64,000 nt of DNA from a virus (taxonomy: Duplodnaviria; Caudoviricetes): positions 6,370 through 70,369 of IMG/VR virus record IMGVR_UViG_3300037467_001237; one strand, given 5' to 3'. The notes below the pieces were generated by a model. The model was not told the origin of the DNA, searched no databases, and saw nothing but the letters and a program-made list of their open reading frames with translations. Positions 44,565-52,992 of the stretch are shown here, piece by piece. Numbering within the stretch: the stretch's first letter is position 1; the number at the start of each line of letters is the position of its first letter. Position numbers and translations under genes: made by a program.

Positions 44565-45872
44565 TCACAGGCCCTGCGGTCGGGTCGGCGGCAACGGCAC
44601 GGTCTGCGCGCCGCCCAGGTCTGACGGGCGCGACGGCGGCAGTGGCACATCCCCCGGCCGGTTCGGGCCCTGCGTCTCAGGCACGCCGGCATCCGAGCCG
44701 CCCGCCCCGCCATCCTCGCCGCCGCCCTCGCCGCCCTTCTTGTTCTGCGCGCTGATCCGCATCGTGTAGCCGCTGAACGCGCTGAACTGATGCGTGCAGG
44801 TGTTGCAGTGATATGCTTGGTCCCAGGCCGATCCGGTGCCGGACAGCTCGACCATCATGCGCGGGTCGAAGTCGACGTCGCCCGGCATGAACACCTCGAT
44901 CTGCATCTCGTGGCGCTGGCGCTCGATCTGCCGCTTGGTGGCGATCTTGTCGGCCTGATCGTCCGTCAGCCCCGGGATGTGCTCGATGAACTCCAGCGGG
45001 CGCGCGGGCGGGAGCGGCGGGTTTGAGATCCCGGCAGCGCTCCCGCTGGCACTGAGGTCCGATGGGCGCGACGGCGGCAAGGGCGGGTTCGAGATCCCGC
45101 CGGAACTGCCGCCCGTCTGCGGCTCCTTGGTCGCGACGATGTTCTTTTCTTTTCGCGTGTGCCAAGACCGAACCGTCTGCTTGATCCCCCTGTTCAAATG
45201 AACATTTTGGGTCAACTGGATCGCGATGATGTTGCCGTCGGCGATGCTATCCTCGCTCGGCGGTACAAACCGGATCGGGTACGTCCCGCCCGAGCTGTCG
45301 CTGCCCGGCAGCTTGAAATAGATCGTGTCGTCCTTGAAATACAGGAACGCGCCCTCGCGCTCGGCGAGCCGGGCGATCGTATTCCAGGCCGTGTCGTTGT
45401 CGACGAGATGGGCGTTGTCCTGCGTGTGGACCTTGCCGGCGTCGTCGCCCGTGTCGTCCACCTCAGCCTGGAGCCCGTACTTCTGGGCCAGTTCCTGAAC
45501 GATGTCGCTGGACTTCTTGTTGAGGTGCTTGGCCGTGACCTTGTTGTCGATCAGCTTGGCCGAGTTGTCGCGCCCCGAAAAATGGATCTTCGCGCCCTCG
45601 CGGGCATCGGCGCGCACTTCGACCGTGTCGAGGACGCCCTTCAGCAGCGTGACGTAGCCCTCGCCCTCGTCGTTGCAGCCCTGGACGATGCACTCGACCG
45701 GGCCGACGCTCGCCCAGTAGCCGAGGTCCCGCCCCGTCGCTTGCAGTGCGGTCGCGCCCGAGAACGTGTCCGCACGGGCGTGCCGGGAGGTGTTGACGGT
45801 CAGCTCGACCAGCGGGGTCGCCTGGCCGTCGATCAGGATCTGCGCGCGGGGGCTGCGGGCCTCAGAAGGCAT
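44565..45872 (-). CDS. Baseplate hub (gpD-like) with PLPPxRP repeats
   Basis: SDIVQELAQKYGL, TAWNTIARLAEREG; synteny. Confidence 0.75.
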   Translation of the reverse strand: MPSEARSPRAQILIDGQATPLVELTVNTSRHARADTFSGATALQATGRDLGYWASVGPVECIVQGCNDEGEGYVTLLKGVLDTVEVRADAREGAKIHFSGRDNSAKLIDNKVTAKHLNKKSSDIVQELAQKYGLQAEVDDTGDDAGKVHTQDNAHLVDNDTAWNTIARLAEREGAFLYFKDDTIYFKLPGSDSSGGTYPIRFVPPSEDSIADGNIIAIQLTQNVHLNRGIKQTVRSWHTRKEKNIVATKEPQTGGSSGGISNPPLPPSRPSDLSASGSAAGISNPPLPPARPLEFIEHIPGLTDDQADKIATKRQIERQRHEMQIEVFMPGDVDFDPRMMVELSGTGSAWDQAYHCNTCTHQFSAFSGYTMRISAQNKKGGEGGGEDGGAGGSDAGVPETQGPNRPGDVPLPPSRPSDLGGAQTVPLPPTRPQGL

Positions 45873-46135
45873 TAGGGGCTCACGCCAAACAGGATCGTTT
45901 CCGGAGGCACGCCGACCGTGCCGTCATCCGAGCCGGCGTTGGCGCGCGGCAGGATCAGGGTCCTAGGACCGGCGAGGATGAAGTCCGGGGCGACGCCCGG
46001 GACGGAATTGATGTCGGAGATCTGCCCCCACGCCGTGGCGTCCCCGAGTTCCTGCTCGGCGATCTGGAACAGGTTCGCATTGACGACGGTGAGCGTCCGC
46101 GCGCCGGCCGGCGTGCGAGCGGGTACGGTGGTCAT
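45872..46135 (-). CDS. LysM/gpX-like tail protein
   Basis: LFQIAEQELGDATAWGQISDIN. Confidence 0.7.
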   Translation of the reverse strand: MTTVPARTPAGARTLTVVNANLFQIAEQELGDATAWGQISDINSVPGVAPDFILAGPRTLILPRANAGSDDGTVGVPPETILFGVSP

Positions 46136-46138
46136 GGC

Positions 46139-46891
46139 TTAGCCCCCGTAGAGCGCGACGTTGCCGGCGATCCGGCCGAGATAGCCCGCGGCCGCCGTTG
46201 CGCCCGCCAGCGCGTCCGCGCCGGTCGCGAGGTTGAGCAGTGCGGCGCCAGCCTCCGTCGGCGACAGGCCGGACAGGACCGAGAGGTCACCTTCCGGCAT
46301 CGCGGCGTCGGCCGCATCCCGCGTGGCGTAGAGCGCATTGGCCGCGCCCGAGACGATGCCCGAGGCGTTCAGCAGCGCGGGCAGCGGCGCATCGACGAAC
46401 TGCCCGGTTGCAGCGGCGGCAGAGGCGGCCGAAACCGCGGTCTGCGCGATGCCGACCGTGGCGGCCGCGGCAGGCCCAAGCGCCATGCCGGCGAGCGTGG
46501 CAAAGTCGCCCGCGATCAGATCCGCGATCGAGCCGCCCGCAGCCGCCTGGCTCGGCACCACCTCGACGCAGATCGAGTAGGAGACGCGGTACTCAAAGTG
46601 ATACCGCGGCTTGAAGTGCCGGATGACGACCCGGCGCGCGAACGAGCCCCAGGTGAGCAGGTACTGCCCGCCGGCCTGCTTCATCGCGTCGAGCTGGCGA
46701 GCGCGCGCCGCGGCGCTGCCGCCCAGGAACACCCCCGTCCACTCGACCGGATCGGGGTTGTCGCCCATGTCGTCGAAGACACGGTCGCCGCCGATCAGGT
46801 GGTGCATCATCAGATGCTTTGCCCCGGAGAAAGGGATCTCCTCCGGGATCTCAAAGAATGAAAAGGCGAAGCCGCCCAATGTCACGGCCAT
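46139..46891 (-). CDS. Tail tube initiator (gpU-like)
   Basis: VTLGGFAF, IGGDRVFDDMG, LTWGSF; follows the tape measure. Confidence 0.65.
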   Translation of the reverse strand: MAVTLGGFAFSFFEIPEEIPFSGAKHLMMHHLIGGDRVFDDMGDNPDPVEWTGVFLGGSAAARARQLDAMKQAGGQYLLTWGSFARRVVIRHFKPRYHFEYRVSYSICVEVVPSQAAAGGSIADLIAGDFATLAGMALGPAAAATVGIAQTAVSAASAAAATGQFVDAPLPALLNASGIVSGAANALYATRDAADAAMPEGDLSVLSGLSPTEAGAALLNLATGADALAGATAAAGYLGRIAGNVALYGG

Positions 46892-46908
46892 GAACGACTT
46901 GCCTTTTG

Positions 46909-49815
46909 TTAGCCGACGACTGGGTACAACTCAGATGAATCGGCGATGTTGGCGCCAGTGGCCGGTCTGTTGCCGGTTTTGAACTGGTGCCGGGTCATGA
47001 TCGACGCGAGCTTGTGGCCGTCGACGTACAGGTGCGTGTCCTGCTGGCCCGGCTTGAGCGGCGCTTTGTGAGCCGCCGGGACCGCCGCCGTGGGGGCGTG
47101 GTACTTCTCACCGCGTCGGAGCGCCGCTGCGAGTCTCGGGTTGTAGCGCGTCCAGTTGCCAGCGCCCCCAGGACCGTGAAGCAGGACTTGTGCGACGCGG
47201 GCCTGATCCGCCAAGCTCGCCGACATGGCGTTGGGCGCCGTAATCCCCAACCGAGGCGCGATCTTGCGCCAGTTTGAGTTGGTGATCTGGTAGTAGCCCT
47301 GCGCCGTGTGCGTCCGGTCGCCGATGTAGTTCATCACGTTCCGGCCGCCGCTCTCGTACTTCGAGATCAGCCCGAGCATATTGGCGTCGCTTCCCGTGAT
47401 GCCGGGAGGGACGATGCCGTGGCCGCCGCCCGATCCGCCGCCGGATCCGCCGCCGCCTAGTCCGCCGCCCCCTGGTGTGAAGTTGGCGTTTTGGAGGCCA
47501 GATCCGCCGCCCCCCAGTGCGCCAGCGAGGCCGCTGATGGACAACGACATCCTCTGGACGCCGGACTCCGCCGCCATTGAGGCCAGACCCAAGCGAGCGA
47601 TGGCTTCGGCGAGCGTGTCGATCCAGGACTTGGTGGTCGGCGTCTTGTCGTCGATCTTCTGCTCGCCCTCGACGATCTTCTTGGCGTTCTCCGCAGACTT
47701 CTCGGACAGGCCCTTGAGTGCGTCGAACCCGAGCTTGTACATCTTGAACAGATCGGCGAACGACCAGCCCGCTCCTGTCGGGTTCGTCGGCGTGATGTTC
47801 TTCGTATCGGGCAGCGGGTTCTTGTTCTTGAGCGCGTCGAAGAGGGTCGACGCCTCCTTCATCTTCTTGGCAGCGCCGTCCCAGTCCGTCGCGGCGATGT
47901 AGACTGCCGCAGCGACCAAGCCCGCAACGAACACGCCGCCCGGCCCGCCGATCGCGAACGCCTGGGCGGCGAGCGCGATCGCGCCGAGCGCGCCAGCGCC
48001 GGCCGCGGCGCCAGCCGTGGCCCCGAGCGCCTTACTGGCGGAGTCCGGATTGTGATAGAGGTCCGCGGCAAGCCCTCGGATCCCCTCGCCCAGTCCGCGC
48101 AGCCCGGCGATGGCGGGGCCGACCTTCGCGTCGGCGAGGACGGTCAGGAACGTCTCAGTCGCGTTTGAAAGCTGCTTCAACTGACCCGACATGGTCTCGT
48201 TCAGCAGCTTGTCCGGGTTGCCCTGGCGCTTGAACCGTTCCTTGTTGGCGAGGATCTGGTCCTCGTTGACGACGAACTCCTTGAACATACGGGCATAGCC
48301 CTTGTTCTTGGTGATCGACTCAACGAACCATTCCATCTTCCCTTCGTCTGTGCCACCGTAATCGATGAGCTTGCCGTTGTCGTCCTTGGGGACGAACTTC
48401 TTATCAAGGATTTTCGGCTTGAGGACTTGACGATAGAACTCGAAAAGATCGGCCTTGCCGTTCGTCCCAAGCCACTCCTTCGAGCCGGCGATGGCGCCGA
48501 CGTTGAAGTCCTTGGTCAACTTGCCGTTGACCGGGTTCCGCATCAGATCCGACTCTTTGATCAGACCCGAGTCGAGGAGGATCTTGGTCTCCGCCCAGCC
48601 CGTGGTCGTGCCCTTGTACAGGTGCTTGACCATCTGGTTGTAGGAGTCGCCGAGTGCGCCGCCCTTGAGCACTTCGGTGAGCATCGGGAGAACGGTGCCG
48701 ACGAACTCGGGCGACACGTTCATCGCCTCGCCGCCGGAGTGCTGGACGAAGTTGAGCAGCTCCGTGCCGCCGAAGATGCCGCGCGTGCCGATCATACCCA
48801 TCTCAATCATGGGCAGATACTGCTTAAGGCGCTCGGGATCCTTTGAGATGCCCATCTGGTCAAGCGCGCGGGCCAGGGCGCGGGCCTGCCCCTTGTCGTT
48901 GACGCGGGTTTTCATCTCCTCGTCGCCGATGACGTTCGCGACGGCCATGGCGTGGGCGATCGACGGGGCGACGAGCCGCGCCTCGTGGAAGTCGCCCTTG
49001 CCCATGTCGGCGGCGTCAGTGATGCCCTTGGCCATCGCGCCGGGCGTCGTGTAGCCGTTCTTCAGCGCATACTCGAATGCGAGCTTGCGGTTGGCGGCGA
49101 TGTCGGCCGGCAGCATCCGCTGCTTCGCATCGCTCGGGGCGCCCTGAACGTCCTGGATGACGCCCTGGTCGTAGACGATGCCCGCATCCTTGAAGGCGTG
49201 TCCGAGGCCGTGAACCACGCCGGTTGGCATACCCACCGCCGCGGCCCCGGCAAGCATGCTGTGCGCCTCCCTATGCGCGAGCGTGTTGCGATGCGTCCCT
49301 TGCGGATGCCGCGCGCCGCCGCCCGTGCTGGGAGTTCCTCCGGCGCCGCCACCCCCTCCGCCTCCCGGGACGCGGAACCCCGGCATCCCGCCTTGGGCAT
49401 GCTGCCGGATGGAGATGAGCGCCTCGTTATAGCGAACGGCCGCGTTGGCCGCCCTCTCCATGCTGTTCGCCCAGGAGCCGAAGCTGCGCGTGGCGCCGCC
49501 GTTGTCCATGCGGACGCCGTCGAGCGCCCGCTTGATCTTGGCTACGTCCTCGAGGACCGTCTTGGCGTCGAAGCCGAGAGCCGACTTCGTGAAGCCGCTA
49601 CGATTGCCGCCGCTGCCGTGGATGCGCCCCATCGCTTGGGCGAGGTGGTTAACTTCCCCGATGATCCGCTGGATGGATCCGCCCCAGGAGTCGATTTTGG
49701 TCTTGACGCGAGTCCCGGCCTTCTCGACATTCTCCATCGCCGCGAAGATGGTGCGCAACTCGCGGGTGATGTTGCCCGTTACGTTGATGGACGTGTTGAT
49801 TTTATAGACGTCCAC
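46909..49815 (-). CDS. Tape measure protein with C-terminal lysozyme-like domain
   Basis: 968 aa, Ala/Gly-rich; ISKYESGG...AQGYYQIT near the C-terminus. Confidence 0.8.
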   Translation of the reverse strand: MDVYKINTSINVTGNITRELRTIFAAMENVEKAGTRVKTKIDSWGGSIQRIIGEVNHLAQAMGRIHGSGGNRSGFTKSALGFDAKTVLEDVAKIKRALDGVRMDNGGATRSFGSWANSMERAANAAVRYNEALISIRQHAQGGMPGFRVPGGGGGGGAGGTPSTGGGARHPQGTHRNTLAHREAHSMLAGAAAVGMPTGVVHGLGHAFKDAGIVYDQGVIQDVQGAPSDAKQRMLPADIAANRKLAFEYALKNGYTTPGAMAKGITDAADMGKGDFHEARLVAPSIAHAMAVANVIGDEEMKTRVNDKGQARALARALDQMGISKDPERLKQYLPMIEMGMIGTRGIFGGTELLNFVQHSGGEAMNVSPEFVGTVLPMLTEVLKGGALGDSYNQMVKHLYKGTTTGWAETKILLDSGLIKESDLMRNPVNGKLTKDFNVGAIAGSKEWLGTNGKADLFEFYRQVLKPKILDKKFVPKDDNGKLIDYGGTDEGKMEWFVESITKNKGYARMFKEFVVNEDQILANKERFKRQGNPDKLLNETMSGQLKQLSNATETFLTVLADAKVGPAIAGLRGLGEGIRGLAADLYHNPDSASKALGATAGAAAGAGALGAIALAAQAFAIGGPGGVFVAGLVAAAVYIAATDWDGAAKKMKEASTLFDALKNKNPLPDTKNITPTNPTGAGWSFADLFKMYKLGFDALKGLSEKSAENAKKIVEGEQKIDDKTPTTKSWIDTLAEAIARLGLASMAAESGVQRMSLSISGLAGALGGGGSGLQNANFTPGGGGLGGGGSGGGSGGGHGIVPPGITGSDANMLGLISKYESGGRNVMNYIGDRTHTAQGYYQITNSNWRKIAPRLGITAPNAMSASLADQARVAQVLLHGPGGAGNWTRYNPRLAAALRRGEKYHAPTAAVPAAHKAPLKPGQQDTHLYVDGHKLASIMTRHQFKTGNRPATGANIADSSELYPVVG

Positions 49816-49848
49816 GGGCCTTCTCGCTGATGTCGGAGTTGTGTCGCT

Positions 49849-50037
49849 ATGAGCGCCGTCGTTCTGGTGGTATTCGCAGTATTCTTCATCGTTGCGATGC
49901 TAAGAATACTGGGCATGCCGGTCTACGCGGCGCGAGAAATTCGCGGCGACCGTCCAACCCTGGGCTGGGCGATGATCTGGGTTTGGCTTTTTATACTCTG
50001 GATCATCTGGGACGTGGGCAGCAGCTTCATGCACTAG
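49849..50037 (+). CDS. Small two-TM moron protein
   Basis: Antisense to the tail operon; two hydrophobic segments. Confidence 0.6.
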   Translation: MSAVVLVVFAVFFIVAMLRILGMPVYAAREIRGDRPTLGWAMIWVWLFILWIIWDVGSSFMH

Positions 50038-50495
50038 CCGAGCCCGGCCAGGTGCCGGTTGACCCCCGTGCCGATGATGTGGACGACGTCGTGCGCCCTT
50101 CGCGCGCCAGCCGCCCCCATGACGGGGCGCGCTGGCATGTTCGCGGTCCCCAGTTCAAACCACTCCGCGCGCCTGTCGTCTGAGCCGATCGCGGCGTGGT
50201 TGTGGTCGATGACCTTGTGCTCGATGCCGTCCCGGAACGTTCCATCGCGCAACAGCGGATTGTCGGGCGGCGCGTAGCCGAGTTCGATCTTGCCGGGGAA
50301 TCCTTTGAAGCCGTTCAGCGTCGTTTCCGCGAGTGGCTCCCACCCGGCGTCATATGTGCCGATCAACCCGCGCGCGTCCCGTTCGACGAGGGCGGCGGCC
50401 TTTTCCAGGGCGCGATGCTGCGCCTCGGGGAGCGTTGCGATCACCGCGTTCATGTGCGCGACGAAAGACGAGATCGAGTTGAACGTGCGCGCCAT
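50034..50495 (-). CDS. HK97 gp10-like tail component
   Basis: LLRDGTFRDGI, WFELGTANMPARPVM. Confidence 0.7.
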   Translation of the reverse strand: MARTFNSISSFVAHMNAVIATLPEAQHRALEKAAALVERDARGLIGTYDAGWEPLAETTLNGFKGFPGKIELGYAPPDNPLLRDGTFRDGIEHKVIDHNHAAIGSDDRRAEWFELGTANMPARPVMGAAGARRAHDVVHIIGTGVNRHLAGLG

Positions 50496-50501
50496 CGAGC
50501 C

Positions 50502-50663
50502 CTACTTCAGATAGCTGTTAGCCCTCAGATGCTCGACCAGCAGCAACTCGACCAACGAGGTCAGCGACCGACGCTGCTCCGCGGCTGCGCGCTCGGCAGC
50601 CTCTTTGATCGCCGGCTCGATCCTGAGATTGAGCGTCGCCGTCTTTTTGCGCTGCTCCGCCAT
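50502..50663 (-). CDS. Arc-like ribbon-helix-helix regulator (53 aa)
   Basis: Manual translation MAEQRKKTATLNLRIEPAIKEAAERAAAEQRRSLTSLVELLL. Confidence 0.75.
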   Translation of the reverse strand: MAEQRKKTATLNLRIEPAIKEAAERAAAEQRRSLTSLVELLLVEHLRANSYLK

Positions 50664-50681
50664 TAATGTACCGCCACTGGC

Positions 50682-50709
50682 TTGACACGCTCTTTCGGCA
50701 GTGTATCGT
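50682..50709 (+). promoter_or_regulatory. Putative promoter of the HNH-Vipr-like cassette
   Basis: TTGACA-N16-TATCGT. Confidence 0.5.
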
Positions 50710-50741
50710 GAGTGGCGTTACAAAGCAACGGTTCGGAAGCG

Positions 50742-51170
50742 GTGACCTACGAGGAGTACATCGGATCATCGGTCTGGGCCGCCCTGCGCCAACTAGCGCT
50801 GGAGCGCGACAGCTTCCGCTGCCGAGGCTGCGATGCCGCAGACAACTTAGAGGTTCACCACCGTCGCTACGGCGATCCTCTTGGAACAGAGACAGTGGAA
50901 GATCTGACCACGCTCTGCGTCGAGTGCCACAGAGCGATCACAACCATCATTCGTCGACGTAGATACGAGAAGCAGACTCACGTCGTCGCCACAGCAACAA
51001 GGCTTACGCCAAGCAGAGCGGAGATTGTCCGTGTCCTACCAGCGCTTGAAGTTCAAAATTTCGTCCGCCGCACCCCTGGTCATGCACAACGGCCGGCTAG
51101 CGAACCCGCTAGATCCAATGTCGAAGGCGCTCAAGCGCGTGTCGAGCAAGCGCGCGAAGACGGATGCTGA
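50742..51170 (+). CDS. HNH endonuclease overlapping the Vipr-like gene
   Basis: ERDSFRCRGC, LEVHH, LTTLCVECH. Confidence 0.75.
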   Translation: MTYEEYIGSSVWAALRQLALERDSFRCRGCDAADNLEVHHRRYGDPLGTETVEDLTTLCVECHRAITTIIRRRRYEKQTHVVATATRLTPSRAEIVRVLPALEVQNFVRRTPGHAQRPASEPARSNVEGAQARVEQAREDGC

Positions 51171-51600
51171 CTTCGCCGAGATGGCTCGGATTGAGTTCTT
51201 GGGCGGCCTCTACGTCAGCGAGGACGGCCCATGCATCCCCGGTGAGTTGGTCGAGGCCGCGCTTGTTGCCGCCGCCAAGAAGAGCAAGCGTGGCGTTCAG
51301 GCCAAGATCGGACTCATCTCTGATGGCAACCACAAGCTCGACTACGATGGCCCCAGGGCGCCGGACGAGCTATGGCAAGATGAGAAGTTTCGGCTCGTCG
51401 CTGGCGTCAAAGTAGGCCAAGCGCGGGTCATGAGAACGCGACCGATCTTCCGAGATTGGTCCTGTGAGATCTTCGTCGACTTCTTGCCCGATCAGTTGAA
51501 TCGGTCAGAGGTCGCGGAGATGGTTCGGACTGCGGGGGCTATCGTTGGTATCGGCGATTGGCGTCCGAAGTTCGGGCGGTTCGCAGCAGAGATGCTGTGA
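51031..51600 (+). CDS. RAMP/Cas7-like protein (Vipr-like, locus 2)
   Basis: APLVMHN, CIPGELVEAAL, RVMRTRPIFRDW, Gly-rich loop AGAIVGIGDWRPKFGRF; GGAG RBS 7 nt before GTG; arrays begin 4 nt after the stop. Confidence 0.8.
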   Translation: MSYQRLKFKISSAAPLVMHNGRLANPLDPMSKALKRVSSKRAKTDADFAEMARIEFLGGLYVSEDGPCIPGELVEAALVAAAKKSKRGVQAKIGLISDGNHKLDYDGPRAPDELWQDEKFRLVAGVKVGQARVMRTRPIFRDWSCEIFVDFLPDQLNRSEVAEMVRTAGAIVGIGDWRPKFGRFAAEML

Positions 51601-51604
51601 ATTT

Positions 51605-51852
51605 GGTGCCGTTCGGCGTGGCTCGGCAAGGCAGGGTGGGCCATGGCGAGGCAGGTCAGGGCGGGGTCCGACAAGGGAGATCGAGGAGGCGCTGCGGTGC
51701 CTTCTCGATCCGCCGATCACTGTGAACTCCCATCGCCATAAGGCGATCGGCGTCCACAGTGTGGGCGATTAGGGCATGACGTGGTCAGTCAGGGCATGTC
51801 GGGCCGAGGCGAGTTTGGCCGAGGCGCGGTGTGGCAAGGCGAGGCAAGGGCC
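51605..51852 (+). ncRNA. GGY-NN pentamer guide arrays (51605-51679, 15 units; 51773-51852, 16 units) with a structured spacer
   Basis: In-phase units such as ggcgt ggctc ggcaa ggcag ggtgg; hairpin/pseudoknot 51679-51761. Confidence 0.85.
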
Positions 51853-51860
51853 TTCGGGCG

Positions 51861-51891
51861 GGGCGGGTCGTTTCTGCGGCCCGTCCTTATT
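51861..51891 (+). terminator. Terminator-like hairpin ending the array transcript
   Basis: GGGCGGGTCG-tttctg-CGGCCCGTCC followed by TTATT. Confidence 0.6.
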
Positions 51892-52428
51892 GCTCGCGCG
51901 CCTGCCAAGTCCAGGAGTTGAAATTGAATTTCGCCTCGCCCTTCATCTCGACTGCGACGATATACATCGCGGTTCGCATGCGATCGGACAAGGTCTCGAC
52001 GACGGACCATGGCACACCGGCCGCGCTCAATGTCATCATCTCGACGAGGCCGGGCGCCTGTGTTAGTTTTTTATTGCTTCCCGCTCGTCTTCGTATTCAA
52101 CCGGGTTAAGCGAGCGCAGTCCCTCGTTGATCGAGTCCCAGTCGTCGCCGACGCGCTGGACGATCGCCATGATCTGGGTCTTGGTCGAGCGCTTCAGGTC
52201 GGTGTCGCCGTCGATCGCTTTGACCGAGTACGCGACCAGCGCATAGGTCAGGAACGGAATGTTCTGGCTCGCCTCGGGACCGATCGCCTCGAACACGAGC
52301 ATGCGGTCGATCGGGCTGAGCCGCTTGATCTTGTAGGTCTTGCCGGTGGGGCCGACGACATCGACGGTGCCGGGCGCGGCGGACTTAACCTCGGCCGCAT
52401 CGGCGGCGTGGACGGTGACCTTAGCCAT
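51887..52428 (-). CDS. Tail assembly chaperone G (52063-52428) and -1 frameshift product GT (to 51887)
   Basis: Slippery A AAA AAC at 52072-52066 before TAA; the -1 frame runs LTQAPGLVEMMTLSAAG...WTWQAREQ. Confidence 0.8.
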
Positions 52429-52508
52429 CTGATTCCTAGGGGTTGAAGCGCTTCAGCGCGGGAAAGCGCGGGGCCGCCGCGCCTCATGCTCGGCGGCCCC
52501 GGAAAAGA

Positions 52509-52937
52509 TCACTGGATCGGGATGCGGCGGGAGGCTTCCCAATCGAGCTTCGGCGTGACGTTGGCGTCTTTCCGCCAGTTGCCGGCGTCGGAGCAGGAGA
52601 ACACCACGTTGGTGTAGCGCCACTGCGAGATCGAGCCGTCGACCTCCTGGATGGTCTCTGTGATCGAGCCGTACACGAAGGTGTTGCCGTTGTAGTAGGC
52701 CGCCTCGTAGGCATTGATCAGGTCGTCGAGCGCGCGGTTGGCGCGGTCGATGGAGACCGACCCAGCCCAGCCGTCCGGGACGTTGAAGTACCGGGTGACG
52801 CCGTCGATGGCCGACGACTTCAACTTCGAGACCTGTTGGTGCGAAGTGAAGTCGGTGAGGATGGACAGGTTGATGATGCCGTTCGGCCCGGCAACGTCGA
52901 TGGATACGTCGCGGCCGGTATTAAAGGGTCCAGGCAT
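52509..52937 (-). CDS. Tail tube protein
   Basis: 142 aa directly after the sheath. Confidence 0.8.
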   Translation of the reverse strand: MPGPFNTGRDVSIDVAGPNGIINLSILTDFTSHQQVSKLKSSAIDGVTRYFNVPDGWAGSVSIDRANRALDDLINAYEAAYYNGNTFVYGSITETIQEVDGSISQWRYTNVVFSCSDAGNWRKDANVTPKLDWEASRRIPIQ

Positions 52938-52992
52938 AGATGCGCCTCACAATGCAGGGGAGAGATCAGGGTTCAGGACTGGGCCGGTGGGC

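Noticed and set aside
51505-52109. ORFs over the GGY-NN arrays (51545-51772, 51776-52066, 51831-52109)
   Set aside because: ARQG/GRG-rich by-products of the pentamer repeat, or antisense to the GT chaperone extension.
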